Source of the DNA: Nitrosopumilaceae archaeon
GTDB taxonomy: Archaea > Thermoproteota > Nitrososphaeria > Nitrososphaerales > Nitrosopumilaceae
DNA: 16,035 nucleotides
NCBI GenBank assembly: GCA_052389415.1
Contig: JBQTHX010000093.1
Coordinates: 1-16,035, forward strand
Direction: 5' to 3'
The position numbers and the translations under genes were made by a program. Position 1 is the stretch's first letter. Every line of letters begins with the position of its first letter. A model generated the notes under the pieces. It had not been told where the DNA came from, did not search any database, and saw nothing but the letters and a program-made list of their open reading frames with translations. Of the stretch, positions 15,672 through 16,035 are shown in pieces.

Positions 15672-16035
15672 ATGACACGAACAAAAATCTTTTGCGTATC
15701 ACATAAAGAAGATGCTGATGGTATAGGATCTGCATCATTAATCAGGCAAGCTTTTGGGGGAGAAACAAGACTTGTAGATTATCCAGGACTGATGAATGAA
15801 CTCGAGTTACTAAAAAATAACGATTCGCTAAAAACGTTGTATATCTGTGATCTAGGTCTTAGTAAGACAAACGAAGATAAATTTGTAGAACTGCTTGGAG
15901 AATTAAGAAAAAAACGGGTTTCTGTTACATACATCGATCATCATGACTTGGATGAAAAGATAAGAAAGAAGATTACGGCTCTTAAGGTTAAACTAATTCA
16001 TGATATTAGCGAGTGTACTACTGTCCAAGTATATG
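15672..16035 (+). CDS. DHH family phosphoesterase (RecJ/NrnA-like), 3'-truncated by the window edge
   Basis: Own translation: MTRTKIFCVSHKEDADGIGSASLIRQAFGG..LYICDLGLS..VTYIDHHDL..IHDISECTTVQVY, containing motif I (DxDG), motif II (D) and motif III (DHH). Not in the ORF track. Confidence 0.9.
   Translation, partial: MTRTKIFCVSHKEDADGIGSASLIRQAFGGETRLVDYPGLMNELELLKNNDSLKTLYICDLGLSKTNEDKFVELLGELRKKRVSVTYIDHHDLDEKIRKKITALKVKLIHDISECTTVQVY

Noticed and set aside
1-16035. CRISPR arrays, tRNA/rRNA genes, integrases, defence systems, inteins
   Set aside because: All intergenic gaps are under about 140 bp and AT-rich, with no repeat-spacer pattern or GC-rich structured segment. Protein lengths leave no room for inteins.

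Overview
AT-rich, gene-dense chromosomal segment that looks like core genome of an ammonia-oxidising archaeon (Nitrososphaerota/Thaumarchaeota, probably Nitrosopumilales-like). This assignment rests on recalled protein similarity and on TATA boxes about 22-29 nt before most start codons; no search was run. Left half: end of a probable winged-helix regulator, a beta-CASP metallo-beta-lactamase nuclease, and a bacterial-type uvrB-uvrA-uvrC cluster preceded by a split-barrel flavoprotein gene. Right half: two membrane or surface hypothetical proteins, a luciferase-like probable F420 oxidoreductase, a malonic semialdehyde reductase-type Fe-ADH (3HP/4HB carbon fixation), glycerate 2-kinase, a degenerate RNase H-like protein, citrate synthase flanked by two small paralogous proteins, and the start of a DHH phosphoesterase. 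No RNA genes, CRISPR arrays or mobile elements were seen. Best leads: (1) UvrC lacks its C-terminal HhH domain and abuts a nuclease with a PIP-box-like tail; (2) an unannotated small-protein family brackets citrate synthase; (3) a probable pseudo-RNase HI; (4) an FGD/Adf-like F420 enzyme next to the carbon-fixation reductase; (5) operator-like repeats upstream of uvrC, uvrB and the surface-protein gene. All functional links are hypotheses.
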